DNA of 63,997 nucleotides, filler included, from Basidiobolus ranarum (GCA_040143965.1; 5 parts of 5 records of this genome joined end to end with filler, not necessarily neighbours in it), one strand, 5' to 3'; positions 13,361 to 26,577 are shown, counted from the whole stretch's first letter. Notes: generated by a model from the sequence alone, not told the origin. Numbers and translations: made by a program.

Positions 13361-13840
13361 CTGATGATAGAAAATCAATAAGTTGGATAATTTAGATACA
13401 CTATCTTCGTAAGAGAATAAAGACTGTTCTTCTTTCGAAGGATCCAAAAGAGAGAAGTTGGGAAGTGAAAAATCCGTTAAGTGAACTACATTTCCGCATA
13501 GGTCAATTTCATTCACCATAAAATCTGAGTAACGATGTTTCAAGATACCAGAAAACCCGGTAGTTGATTCACTGATAAATTCGGTTATTCCAACCGATTT
13601 CTCATCTAATAATTTGTTGGTTGTTGAAAGAATGTCAGTAGAAGTATCTTCTTGACCAGGGTTAAGTGAGATATGCTTTGACAGAGGTGAATTCGGATTG
13701 GCCTGAGTATGAATAGTATGAGGTTTAAAAGATGTACCGTACTTTTCAGTGCAATGAGAATATCTATTCAGGTAAGTTAATGTACTGCATGGCAAGTGTT
13801 TTCGCAATCGGGGAAGAAGGTAGTTGGCTGTTGCTAACAT
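13361..13840 (-). CDS. PUS7: Pseudouridine synthase Pus7 (TruD family), first exon; rest lost at contig end
   Basis: EKSVGITEFIS...GFSGILKHRYSDFMVNEID..GNVVHLT is the Pus7 N-terminal motif. GTAAGT donor at 13360. Confidence 0.88.
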
Positions 13841-14525
13841 ACTTGGTAGTATTGCTGACTTTTCACTTCAAGTAAATAACAGCAATATACACATATCTAC
13901 TATAAATTAATAGAATTTGCAGCTACTAATCAGCATTGCTAAATAGCTCAGGGCATTAAATATGGCAAAAATGATCAAATGTGCACGTGCCTTAAAATTT
14001 ACTTTTAGCAGTGTGATTCCTTTATGATAGTTACAATTAAAGTGCACGCATGTTAAAAAGAATACGCATATGTAAGTCTGTCTAATCAAGCAAAAGGGAT
14101 GTAGAAAAGGGGAAAGCAGGAGGGATCAGTAATCCCATGGTTTTTACAAGTTCACTCTGAGAACGGTCAATATCCGCAGTGCTGGAGTTGGCTTATACAT
14201 TTCCATTCAATAATTCCAATTCATTACATACCTGGTATGCTACATGCACGTTGCTTAATGAATTAATTTTTCGATTGGTATCAACTGTTCGCTTATTGGA
14301 TAAAGATGAGTTGGGAGGTTCCCTACTAACAGCTTAACTTAGAAACAGGCTACAGTGTTAAGGTGACATCGAAAAAGGAGGAATCCATATTTTCTCACTT
14401 GTATATTCCATCATAAATAATACATACTATTTCTTTTTATTTATACCTTTTGTATACATTTTCGAAATAAAGACTATAGTAAAGCGTTTTCTATTCTTTT
14501 TCTTGAAACGTGAAGACGTTTCTCC

Positions 14526-17500
14526 ATGTCACAGACTACTCTTAAAGGCAGTATTGCCACATATCGCTTGCCTAATCACCCTTCCATTTCCACTGATTCT
14601 GAGTGCAACCGTTTAAACTTTAACGACGAAAACCTCCAAGGACCTACTCTTACTTACGAAGAAATACAGAAGAAAACCTTTACAAAATGGATAAATTCAC
14701 AATTGACCAATGAGGACCATATCACTTCGATAGAAGTAGACCTTAGAGATGGGAATTGTTTGCTTAAACTTTTAGAGACACTCACTTCGCAACCCCTTCC
14801 AAAAACTCAAGACTTATCTACTCGAATTCAGCGCATCGCCAATGTCAAGAGAGCTCTACAATTTTTAAAAGATAACCTCGGTGAAAATATTTCGTACTTC
14901 GATAGTGAAGATATTGTTGACGGGACCACCGAACTTACACTTGAACTCATTTGGTATATTATCAACAAGTATCGAGTTCAACCAGTCGACAAGGAAAAGT
15001 TAGTGAACTCTCTAGTATTTGGTCTTCATAGCTACCCTGAGAATATAAAAAAAGTAGTGAATCGAATTTCCATATGATTATGAATTTCTTCAGCATATCT
15101 AATCAATTAATTATTAGAAGAGTGAAAAAGACCCTTCCGTTATCTTAGGTAAAGACCCTTTGTCGGGTGATCCGGTAAGTCGAAAGGATATTGGAAACAC
15201 CCTCTTACTTTGGGTCCAGAATCAATTGTCTGTGTTTGGAAACTTGGCACCGTTGGTTACGGACTTTAACAAGTCTTGGAAGAATGGCATAGCTTTTTCT
15301 GCTCTTATCCATCGCCATGATCCTAAATTGATTGCACATCCAGAGACTCTCCAAGCCCGAATCGAAAGAAGAGCTCAAGAGCCGAGGGAAATACTAAATG
15401 TAGCCTTTCTAGTTGCATATGAAGAGATGGGGGTTCCGTTTCTGTTGGATGTTGAAGATATCCTCAATGTAAATTTACCGGATGAAAAATCCATTATAAC
15501 TTATGTTTCTGAGTTTTATAAAGTTATGTCTAAAACACAAAAGGACGAAGAATACTGTCGCATTACTGAAATAGCGCGTGAGGAGCTTGATAGCAGGAGA
15601 GACCCCAAGAAACGAGAGGAGCAACTAAATGAGGCTATTGTAGTAGGGGATGAGCTTGTCATGAGAATTCAAACTTCTCGCAACTCTCTTCCTATTATTT
15701 CTGATGTGGAAACGGAAGTGGACCGACTTAAATTAGGAAGTTATTGGGCTTTGTTGACTTCATTCGAAAGTGTAACTACGGAATTGGCGAATAGTGTTCA
15801 GGCATTTATATCTAGAGCTGAGGATTTAACTATCGATGATCGGCTTCTCTCGGATGATAGAGGAAGGCTTCTAAAACATCAAATTTCTCAAGTATCTACC
15901 GAATACGAGCATCTTTGTCATGAAGCTGCAGATCTTACTCGATCATGTAAAGAGCTCCAACAGATCGCTGATAAAAGTGAGGAGATAAGTATCTTTCGGA
16001 AAGCAGTCGACGAACTGGTGAGTGATGTAGAAAAGTTGATTACTATGCGTCTCTCGGGTGTAATCAGAAGAGAGCGCTCACCCCTATTGACAAATATCAA
16101 TCATGATATAGATGAGCTAGAACAATCAGTTTCAATAATCAACAATGCAATGCCCATCTCCTCTCCTAATTACCTTATAGCCGCTAAAGACCTATTGTTG
16201 AAAGCCATATCCGATACTAAGACTCTCATACATGAAGAGAACCTACGATTCAAGCATGAAAAATCTGCTCAAGATTTTCAAGTCCGAGTGGAAGAGATAA
16301 CAACCAAGCTCACCGATGGCATCGCAGAGATCGTTGGAGTTGAGTCAGCTCTTTTGGCTAGTGTTTGTGATTTGGGAAAATACAAAACGGTTCTTTCCGA
16401 GCAAAAGGCACTACTCAAAAGCTCTCTCAACTCTTTAAAGGCTGTGGAGTTTGAGCTATCAACTCTTGATGCAACCACTCCTATAATGGAGGAAAAGATA
16501 AAGAGCCAATCCTCGAATGCAAACACAATTGTCAGCCAGATAGGTTTAGCTCGAGGCTTGGCCCAACAGTGGCAGGAGCAACTTGAAAAATTAACTAAGG
16601 AAACCCAGACATTTGATGAATTGTTCAAGTATCTTCAAATGGAGAAGCTAATTCGAGCTAAACTAACATCTATCAAATCTTTAGTAGATAGCTGGGATGA
16701 GGACATTGCTGAACACGTGATGACACAGACCGGCAATGGATTGCGCTTGTTGCGTAAAAAATTTGAGGATATGACTTTGCTTTATTCAGAGGCGATTGAT
16801 TTTCAACCTGCTCAAGAGAAGCATGTTAAGTTAGTAGAACTACTGAAAGAGAGCGAAAAGCTTTACGAAGAGAAATGGCAAGAACTAAGCCAAATCGGAA
16901 CACCAGCAACTCGCTGGCAAGATACGGCTAAGGATATTGAGAATGTGCTTGAGAACCTACGTTCAACGCTTTCTTCTAGAATCTTAATACATGGCCTGTC
17001 TTGTACGCAAGAGCAGCATATTAATTTGCTCAAAGAAATTGGCCAACTGGACAAAGAAATTATTGCTTTCGAAGAAGTTACTTGGGATCCTTTTGAAAAG
17101 CTTACTGTAGAACGACTTGGCGAGAGCACCCCTGGAATTCGCGTCATCGTTGACAATATTCATCAAGTATTATTGGGCTCATGGATTGAGGTGCAAGAGA
17201 GTCTAGAAAGGAGGAAGAGAGAAGTAAAGTTCATATCACGAGGCTTTGGTTTTAGAAAGTTAGCTGATCAGCTCGAAGTTAAAATGAGTGATATTAATCT
17301 ACTAGCCAAGAAAATTGTTGGCCAAGAGGGTGTTAGAACTGAGGCCGAAGCCCAACTGGATATATTCAAATGTGAAATTGAGAACTTGAGCTTGGAATAC
17401 GAAGAACTTTTTGATTCAGAAGATGAAGCTTATTCCAAAAGGCTAACCGAACTTGAGGACACCTACGAGTCTACCAGAAATCATTTGATTCAGTCTCAAA

Positions 17501-20500
17501 AAGAAAGCAATTCAAAAATTTGGTGGCATCAGGCTGAGGCGGCTAAAGTATATATTTCTAGACTCGAACGAAAGTGTAATCGAGTACCTACCACTCTCAG
17601 CGAATTCAAGACACAAGCAGATGTCGACTTTCACGTCCGGAAGATTGCAGAATGTATCTCAAACCTCGAAAACTTCAAGAAAAATGATCTGGCTCTGTTA
17701 ACACACACCAAGGATTGTCTGGACGCTTTACCAGATGAGGAAAAGTCTGAAGACTTGGATGTGATAGACCATGAGTTTAATGCCATTCAATTCAATATTC
17801 TTGATATCGGAAAGAAACTGAAGAGCAATGATGAATTGATGACTATTTTACTTGAAGTACTACCGTTGCAAACCAATTTGCAAAGTTTAAGAGAGCAACT
17901 TACTGTCAAGCACGAAGAGGCTTTGAGGTTAAAATCTGACGCTAAATGGAGCCCCACCCTTTGTGACATTTCCCCTCTTGTGAAAAAATATAAAACCTTA
18001 AATGAAGAGCTTGCAAATATCAAAGAGAAGCACCTTCTTCCACATTCACAATCCATCTCATTGGCTCTTGATGTGCTAGAAAACTCTCCACATCCAGACC
18101 TGTTAGAGAAGAAGAAAGAGATATTGAAAGAGCGTAATGAAGCTCTGGAGCAGTATGAGAGTTTGAGCGGTATCGTGGAACATATCAAACTTGCAATTAA
18201 ACAAGCATCATCTATTGTCAAAGTTATGTCTTTAGCAACAAATCTAGAAGGAAGCGTTGCCGAGGTTAGAGGTCTTTTAGAAGAGCTATTAGTCGATTCC
18301 GAGAGCGATGATTCAATTGTTGCTGAGATATTCAAAACGCTTGAAGTGGATCTGGAACGATTGGGCGACGAGGTGCGTAACATTCCTGAAATAGATATTC
18401 TTCTGGACGGCGGAGATGTCTGCGAATCTAACTTGTTCCCACTACAAGCGGCTACTTCACGCTATCAGAATCTTGCAACATCAATACAGTCCGTTTTTGA
18501 GGAGTTCTCAGAAAAGAAAGATAACCTACGAAGAGAGGGAATTCACGATGAATATATGCATACTTACATCCAAGTCAAAACCTGCATTGACGAGAAGGAG
18601 AAAGAGCTGCTTTCTTTTTGCACTGAAACCAGTAGTAAGGATATTGCCACTCTCGAGGCACAATGCGACAGCTCTGTTTCGATAATCAATGATATTTCAG
18701 CGCTCGAATCTTCATATCTCTCACTTAATGCTCTTCGCTTAAAATATGAAGAGAACGCCACAAGCATTGAGGCCTCAAAAGAGTTACAATCTATACTTCA
18801 TTCTAACCGAGAAATCGAAAAACGTTGGGATGGGTTGAAGGAGCTTGCATCGAACACATCTGACGGAATGAAATCTGCGCTAATTCTTGCGCGCTTTTCG
18901 AAGACTGCTCAAAATCTCTTTTTAACATTAGACAGCATCCAAAAAGAGATTGACTCGACGGATCCAGGTAAAGTCAGAAATGAGATTGTGCTAAGGTGGC
19001 GCGAACAGCTTGAGGAAGTAGATCAAGACACTTCTAGCGTTTTCCTTGCAGCATGTGAGTGTTGTACACCTGAATATAAGCCCTTCCTTCGAAAAGAATA
19101 TGAATCCACTGTAAAAGCATTGGATCGAGTAAAAGCACAACTCGCTGCATTCTTGGCTAGCATCAAAAGCTCTAGGCTTCTTGCAGTCTATCTTGATGAT
19201 GCTGCGGACTTTCACTCTGCACTCATCAAACGCAACCAAGAGGTATCGGATGCTCGAAGTGCACAAGGCAATATAAGTGGTGAATCTTTAGAAAACGACG
19301 AGTCTCAACTAGACAAGTACACCGATATATATTTGCAACTTAAATCAGATCTACGAATGTATACAGCACGGCATGACCACCTGCGTGAATACTACTCTAC
19401 GATACTGGCTCAATCTGCCGATGTGGCCGACAAGATCAGTCAAAAACAAGGCCAGATAGAGTCCGAATGGGCTTATCTATCTGAGGCATTTAACGGCATA
19501 AAACAGGAGATGGCACTTCTTCGTCTACATGCTCAATGGTACCAACACCTACGAGATGCGGAGCAACTGATGAATTCTTTTGCAAGCCGAATCGAGCAAT
19601 TAGATGGGATTGATTCTGTTGATCTGCAACAAGAACTTGAGTACTTCGAACTAGAACTTGAGAAGTGCCAAAACATCCTGAATTTTACGCAACATCCAGA
19701 CTGGTCGTCTCTATTAAAGAGCCAACACCCGAACTCCCCCGCACTCCAAGAGCGTTACACCTTAAATGAAGCAAGATTAAATGAGTTGAATCTAACGCCA
19801 ATTAACTTAAAAAATACCTATATCAACAACAGTCTGCAGTTCCTACAACAACAGCTAAATACGCTCCAGCACAAGGTTGATTCCATTAGAAATAATAATA
19901 ACATATCCCTCAATATAGGCGATGAAGTCGCAGCAGCGGAGACTATGTTGCGCAACAGCATCATGAAAAAGATCAAAACGTTAGATGCTCTGTTCACTTC
20001 AAGTAACCTAGATCAGCGACACCAAAATCAACGGAGAGACGTGGAAGCTCGTGCTAAAGCACTCTTAGTAATCCTAGATGAGCTTAAATCTTGGTACGAA
20101 CGTGTTCAAGAGTTCCACGAGTTGGTGGACAGAATCGACAATGCCTTGGGGTCCTCTTTAGATTTGATAGATCAAAATCCAGAGGAAAGAGCAGCCGCGT
20201 ATTCAATCCTGAAGCAATTAGAGGCCTCTTTTAGCACCCTCTCAAAAAGAATCCCAAAATCTATTGACAAAGCCAGATCTTTGGCTCGAGGACTTGATGA
20301 CTGGAATGTTCAGGAAAGACTGAGAATTTTACCCGAGCAATGGGAGGAGATGAAGAGTCTGGTTGCGAGGCGACTCCAAGAGCTGAGAGTGCTGGCTAAA
20401 AGGAGAGTTTCAAGACCAGGTTTAGTCTCAAACCTTACAGAGCGACGATTTATGTCTCGATCAAGATCAATGTCCCCACATATCACCTGGAAGCCTAAGC

Positions 20501-21356
20501 TAGCGAATTCCCGATCGACTTGGAGGCCTACTAGTCCAATAACTGGCAGCTACATGAGGCCTACTTTAGCTTCTTTGTCGAGAGTATCAGCTGTAAATCC
20601 ATCTGTAGGATCATTACAGAATATTCTAGGGAATTCACCGCGTTCGTCACCTTCACCGATGCTTGACCAAACGAAGAGAAAACCACAAGCTCGTGCCATT
20701 GCACGACATATGCCTGGCCCTATTCCCAAGAAGCTAACACCTAACTCGCCTAATATATATATTCCAGATCCGAAAGACCCGCTTGATATAGAGGTAGGGA
20801 GAGTTGTCAATAGCTGTCCTATTAACATTAAAATAACCAAAGCAAACGAGAATGGTCGCTATTGGATTGGAGAAATTGATCCTAAACTCTGTTATTGTCG
20901 AGTTTTGATCAGCAAAATGGTAATGGTACGTGTGGGAGGTGGATGGGCTGAGTTGTCTAGGTAAGCTTGCTAGAAATGCACTTTTTAATATCTATTCACG
21001 CATTAACCTAATTTGAACACCAATTATCAAGATATCTTTCAGGTAAATTTGCATGTAACCATTAACAGAGTCTGTTAGATGATACTCATACTTTATTACT
21101 TCCTATGTTTCTAGAATATGCTTTCTTCGAACTGAGATCCATTACCATTGACATTGAATGGGTGTCATCGCAGGAAAGCGTAGAGAAGAATGAGCATGAG
21201 ATCAAACCAGATACTTCCACTCCTACAAATGACAGTGCGCCGAGAACTCCACCATCCCAAGGGAAGACCAGTGATATCATGTTACATACTGAAAGTAAGA
21301 GCGCCGGAGTATTCCTTTTTGGAGAGGGATCTCATGAAGAGAGACTTCGATTGTAG
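14526..21356 (+). CDS. Giant spectraplakin-like cytolinker (~2200 aa): 2x calponin homology, spectrin-like helical rod, C-terminal GAR/Gas2 domain
   Basis: Exons ~14526-15053/15056, 15118-20960, 21032-21042 and 21115-21356. CH1: IQKKTFTKWIN, DLRDGNCLLKLLE. CH2: LLLWVQ, DFNKSWKNGIAFSALIHRH, PDEKSIITYVSEFY. Long helical rod with periodic W..L motifs. GAR: DPLDIEVGRVVN...GRYWIG...VMVRVGGGWAELSRYL. Confidence 0.88.
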
Positions 21357-22192
21357 AAGCCAGATGTGTAATTAAGATAGAAGGAAATAGACGCATAATA
21401 GGAACCGATTTTCCAACTGACCATTCCTTACCACTTTCAGCCATTTTCACAAGCTATTGATTCTTCATATACCTGCCCCATCTTACCCTCCATCCTCTAT
21501 CTGTCAAACTCGAACACTTCAGCTTTTATTTCTAATGTTGACAACGCAGATAGTTTCTCATTTTCCTCTCACCTGCTATTATTCATTCACTTTACTGTCT
21601 AGTCCATTTTTAATGATAATCTAAATACAATCTTAATAAACCAGAGCTGGTAAAGTTCTCTCTAACCAGGCTGTTCCTCCTTATTAATCCCCGGTATCTC
21701 TACGAAAATAACTGTAGCTTGCTAGATAGCTCAGGGTATAACCAATGAGGTTTGTTCATGGGAACAATGCGATCATGCAAATGTACGAGAAATCATTTCA
21801 ACCTCTCAATGGAACTTCACAACATTCTGGAAAGTAAGAGAGTGGGTGTATTTGATATGGCCAATGATCTATGTTGTCATTTATTGAGCGTTGTTTTATG
21901 GATTCACTATCTGCCCCAACAGTTGAGGAATTAAAGTTCATCGCACACTTTCATCCGTTGTGTCTGGGGCCACATTTATTAGTCTATCAGATGATTTGTC
22001 TCGCAAAAGCATAGTTTGCTAGAAGACAGCGTTACAGATGGGCATTAATGAGGTAAGGAACAAAATAAATAGAAGCAACAAATCTACAAGAAATACAAAA
22101 TGAAGTATAGCCTACTAGTATGGCGACTAAACATCAATCTAAATACCATGGAATGTACGAGAAGTCCATTCAACCAAACATGTCAACACAAT

Positions 22193-25100
22193 TTAAACTC
22201 TTCCGATAGATCTGCGCGTAGAATGTCTACCGCTGAAATCTCTATCAATCTCTGAGATCAACTGTGTCCTATTTTCTTTATTCCAAATCCACTCCGAGAG
22301 ATAATTAACATCCCAGCGATCTCTATCATTCACAGCTAGACATCCAAACAACAGCTCTCGGCACTTCGTACCGGGTATCGCCTTACAGATCTCGGCACGA
22401 TGCCGCTGCTCATTTCCAACTATCTGACGAAGACCTTTGATGTCGTCCTCAAAGACACCGACCCAAGGATTTTGTTGGGTGAATGTTCGCCACAACAGAA
22501 TCCCAAGCGAGTAGATATCTTCGGCGAGTGGATCGATACTGTGGGGTAACACGTCCCAGTCTTTCTTGGTTCGTGGTAGAGTGTTGATAGACCTGAGTAT
22601 ATCAATGTTAGTTTCTTTTCTACACGTAAAAGGTAAATTCGAAGATTAGCTTGTTACCTATAGCGCTTATACCCGTGGTCAGGAATTGTTTTGATTCTAG
22701 GTAGAAGTTGCTCTTCTTCGGGGAGTAGTGCTTTTAAGTACCACTTTTGAATATCTTCTTTTCGAGTGAGTCGCGCTTTTCCGTAATCAATCAAAATTAC
22801 TTTAGGTCGAAGTGTATCATCTTTCAAATAAACACCATCCACCTCGTTTACCATGACATTGACTTCTGACAAGTCACGATGTGCTATTCCTTGATCGTGT
22901 AGTATCTTGACTGCAGCAATCATATCGCGCATCAGTTTGTACTTCTGGTGTGGCGATATTTTATGACGTGCATGAAGGTATTCTTTCAAAGTTTTTTGGT
23001 AACGAGTCATCGTCAGTCCAACTGGATTCCCGCTTTCACTTTCTAGAATGGAGAGAATCTCCCCAACGCGCTTTGCTCCTCGAAGTTTTAGTAAGCAAAC
23101 AAGCTCCATCAACCGACTTTCAATCAATTCTTCACTAATATCTTTGTACAACTGAACTACTGTCGACGTATCGCTTGTATTAATATGAACCTTCTTGAAC
23201 TGCCCAACAACAGGGTTCTGCGATAGACTTTGCGGCAAAACCTCACTGAGTTTTTGGAAGTCAACCCCAAGCTGTAGTCCGATTTTTTTGAGCTTCAGAT
23301 AGATTGCGTTCGCTTCTGATGGCAACTGGCTTGCGTTGGAGATTTGAATCTCTTCTGTAGGTAGCCTTGTTGAATTTCTAACTTCATCATCGTTGCTTTG
23401 GGTCTCACATACTAATCCACTATCATTGCGCTCTGACTTCGGCATGCTTTCAGGAATCTTTTGAGTGGAAGTGTCCAATTGAGAAAGCGAGTCGTCTGAG
23501 ATACTACAAGAGACTTGTTCTTCCGAGGATTCCTCTATATCAATGAATTCATTTTGAGCCTCAATGGAGCTGACTAGATAATGTCGGGTTGCTTTACTTG
23601 AAGTGGGCGACTCTGGAATACTATAATCTAAATCGGAATCTTCGGCAATATAGAGATCTTCGTTGTAGCTTTTCTTGGTCTTGGTACAACTTCGCTTAGA
23701 GTTACCAGGATCTTTCTTGGATATAGGGGTGCTCTTCATATTCGAAGTTATTCTCGAAGGATTTGCATTCGTTTGCTGACTCGTCAATGCATTCGGCACG
23801 GTTTCGGTAGGACCTTCCATCATCTCCAACAACCTCTCCTCAGCCACCTTTGGATCCCAGTAGTTCTCCGCCTCCATGATTATATGTGCCAACTGGCCGT
23901 CCCCCAAGATATGCGGGTCGTACTTCACCGGCCGAAAGGTCTTGTTGAGATGAGCAGATCGAAATTTATTAGGAACTTCAGCATCAAACTTGAAAGACTT
24001 CAATATAGCCACTTTAATCCAAGACTTCATTGAATTCAGACATTGTAATATATCTACGTCCTCGATATCATGTCGCTTTCCAATGGGTTTGGTAACGAAA
24101 CAGTCCGCTTGCAATCGAATATGCCCCTTTGTCGCGACTTTACTTGTTGCAACATTCGCGAATACCAACAAGTATCCGTTTTGTTCGTCCCTAGCTAACT
24201 CTAGCACCGTTCGATTATACGATATGAAAATTCGATGGACTGCAGGAAGTGCAGCTTTCTCCGGGCATTTTAGAGCATCCTGGGTACTCCCAAAGCTCTC
24301 GAAAAAGGGACAATGGACTGCAGCGAACGTCTCCTTCTCCAATAATTCAGAGCTGCTGCGCTCAACCTCTTCAGGAGTTGCAAACTTCACAATATAGAAT
24401 GCGCTATCCTTATTACACTCCAGATTCCTCACAATCTCCATCAAGTATTGATCGTCAAATGGCGCCACCTCTTGCTTCTCCAAAATCATCCTCTGTTCCA
24501 AAGAACGATGGTGTATCTCCTTCGCGACGCTCTCAAAGAAATCGACAAAATCTTGGGATATAAAGTAAATCTCATCAGTATCGTCATAATTCACCGTGAC
24601 CATTTCTGCGATCTTCCTTAGGTCTTGCATGAATTCTTCAAATGAATGGTATTTCCCGTGCCAGAGTTTTCGATCAACAATCATGAGGTTCAGCCCTCCG
24701 ATTGGAGGCTTATAAAGATGAGTAGTACCAGTTGAAGAAATAAAGGCTCTGCTTATTGATCTTGCGAACAGCTTGTCTAGAATGTATGTAGCTTTACGGA
24801 AAATATCTGGATCGGGGAAACTAACTACGCCATTAAGGTTATCTTTCGTCTCGAGGATTTGGCGCTTGTCTTCACTTTTAACCGATGGAGATTGAGGTGT
24901 GAGATCAAACATCAAAGAACCAGTTGACACTGGTGAAGTTAACTGGGAAATAGACTCTTTTAATGGGGTAGAACAGACGTACTCAGAATTTACGAATTCG
25001 CTGGCATTACATCCATCTTTTGATATATACTCAGTCACTTTCTCTATTGATAAGTCGGTTTCCATTAAAAAAGACGGAGAGAGCTTTACCGCTTTCTTCT

Positions 25101-26366
25101 CTGATTTGGAAGGGCTTTGTATCGTGGATAGAGAATTCTCACTGTTCAAGTTTCGAGCAGCACTTTGATCTTCATGGCACAAGAATTGATTTCCAAAACT
25201 CTTCGAATATCTTTTTGAAGATTTCAAAGCAGAGTTGTTTATGACAGGGGTTTGCGGACGTGTATCTTCAGAAGCCATCATTGTAGAGACAGAATCTGCC
25301 ACTTTGGTCGACTTAAGACTACCTCTAGAAATGCGTGATATTTCATCCAACTGGTTTAGAAGGTTGCTTGGAGTTTCTTCCTCTAACGTATTTCTTGTCA
25401 TAGAGTTGTCGACAAGTATATTGTTCATCATTTCAGGCTCCTTCAGCATAGAGTCTGTTTCAGGAATAATTTCTTGATTTTGGGTTGCTCCGGATATCTC
25501 ACTGTCTTCAGGATTCAAGCTACCAGTTTCGGCCAGGAAATCGAAAGATGTGGTTTCGGCAACAACTTGAGATCTAGACAGATCGAAACTTTCATGAACA
25601 TCTTCTAGGGTGTTGTTTACAATGGAATCCTCTAGTAAAGCGCTTTAATACACTAGGCCAAAATCAGGGTAAAAAATACTATCAAACTAACCGTGTGATT
25701 CAAAAAGAGCTTTTGAGGAATTAGGTGTACAGAACGTGTTTGAAACTGTTTCTATGATAGTGGTTTGAGATGCAAGAATTGAAGATTCAACGTCCTCGGC
25801 TGATATACAACAAAACCGTTAACGATGATTCTCAAGAATTCAATTTACAGCCAAACTATACCATTCTTCTTTTTCTTTTTCTTCTTTCTTTTCTTCCTCT
25901 TTGGCTCCTGCGATAACTGAATGTCAGGGGTGTGAGTAATAGCTTCACTATCGTTGCGTACATCCTCAATATCTCGTTTTCTAGAATTTTTGGTAGCTAG
26001 TTTATCAATGGATTGCTGCTTGATTTGAGCATTTTCAACAACAGGATGCTCGGTGTCAGAGCTTTCTATACTATTATTCGTGGTATTAGGTGTGATTTCG
26101 GCAACATGGGCACCTTTGAAACTCTCAAAAAGTACACTTTTTTTGGATGGCTTATGTTGCTTATGATCTGATGGACTAATACGTGTACATGGAATGTCGG
26201 GGTGCAGTGAATTTAGAGCCAGTGGAGAGAATTGCTCCGGAGGTTGATGAGTAATATCTGTGTGAAGTTTGCTCTTTTTTTTCTTGGACTTGACCGGTGT
26301 TTGACTCGACTCTTTGACTTTTCCCTGGTCAGTGCTGGATTCCTTGGCTTTGGAATGTCCAAATGG
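22193..26366 (-). CDS. Large protein with bromodomain-like region and atypical protein kinase domain (5' end missing)
   Basis: In-frame splicing links the Lys-rich ORF at 25845-26384, a short exon ~25692-25799, the main exon 25631-22659 and the last exon ending at 22193. Kinase motifs: IAHRDLSEVNVMV, ILIDYGKA, EDIYSLGILLW. Bromodomain-like segment: LNLMIVDRKLWHGKYHSFEEFMQDLRKI. Confidence 0.75.
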
Positions 26367-26374
26367 CTGATGAC

Positions 26375-26477
26375 CGAAAATCAATTGGATGCAAATGGGT
26401 GTTTAAAGTTAAGCAGCAAGCTGATGGATCTGTAGAGAGATATAAAGCCAGACTTGTTGCTAAAGGATACTCTCAAA
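26375..26477 (+). mobile_element. Ty1/Copia reverse transcriptase fragment at contig end
   Basis: Translates to RKSIGCKWVFKVKQQADGSVERYKARLVAKGYSQ, the canonical start of Copia RT. Not in the ORF track. Confidence 0.92.
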
Positions 26478-26577
26478 NNNNNNNNNNNNNNNNNNNNNNN
26501 NNNNNNNNNNNNNNNNNNNNNTTAATTAATTAANNNNNNNNNNNNNNNNNNNNNNNNNNNNNNNNNNNNNNNNNNNN
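26478..26577. other. Artificial contig spacer
   Basis: 100-nt N run with TTAATTAATTAA. Confidence 0.97.

Noticed and set aside
15918-20840. Antisense ORFs inside the cytolinker gene, and similar ones inside the kinase, SCCPDH, SNF2 and RPL25 genes
   Set aside because: Shadow ORFs of real coding strands, with no domains or start context.
26367-26380. CTGATGACCGAAA hammerhead-like core
   Set aside because: No room for stem II and no flanking helices. It lies at an exon/Copia junction.
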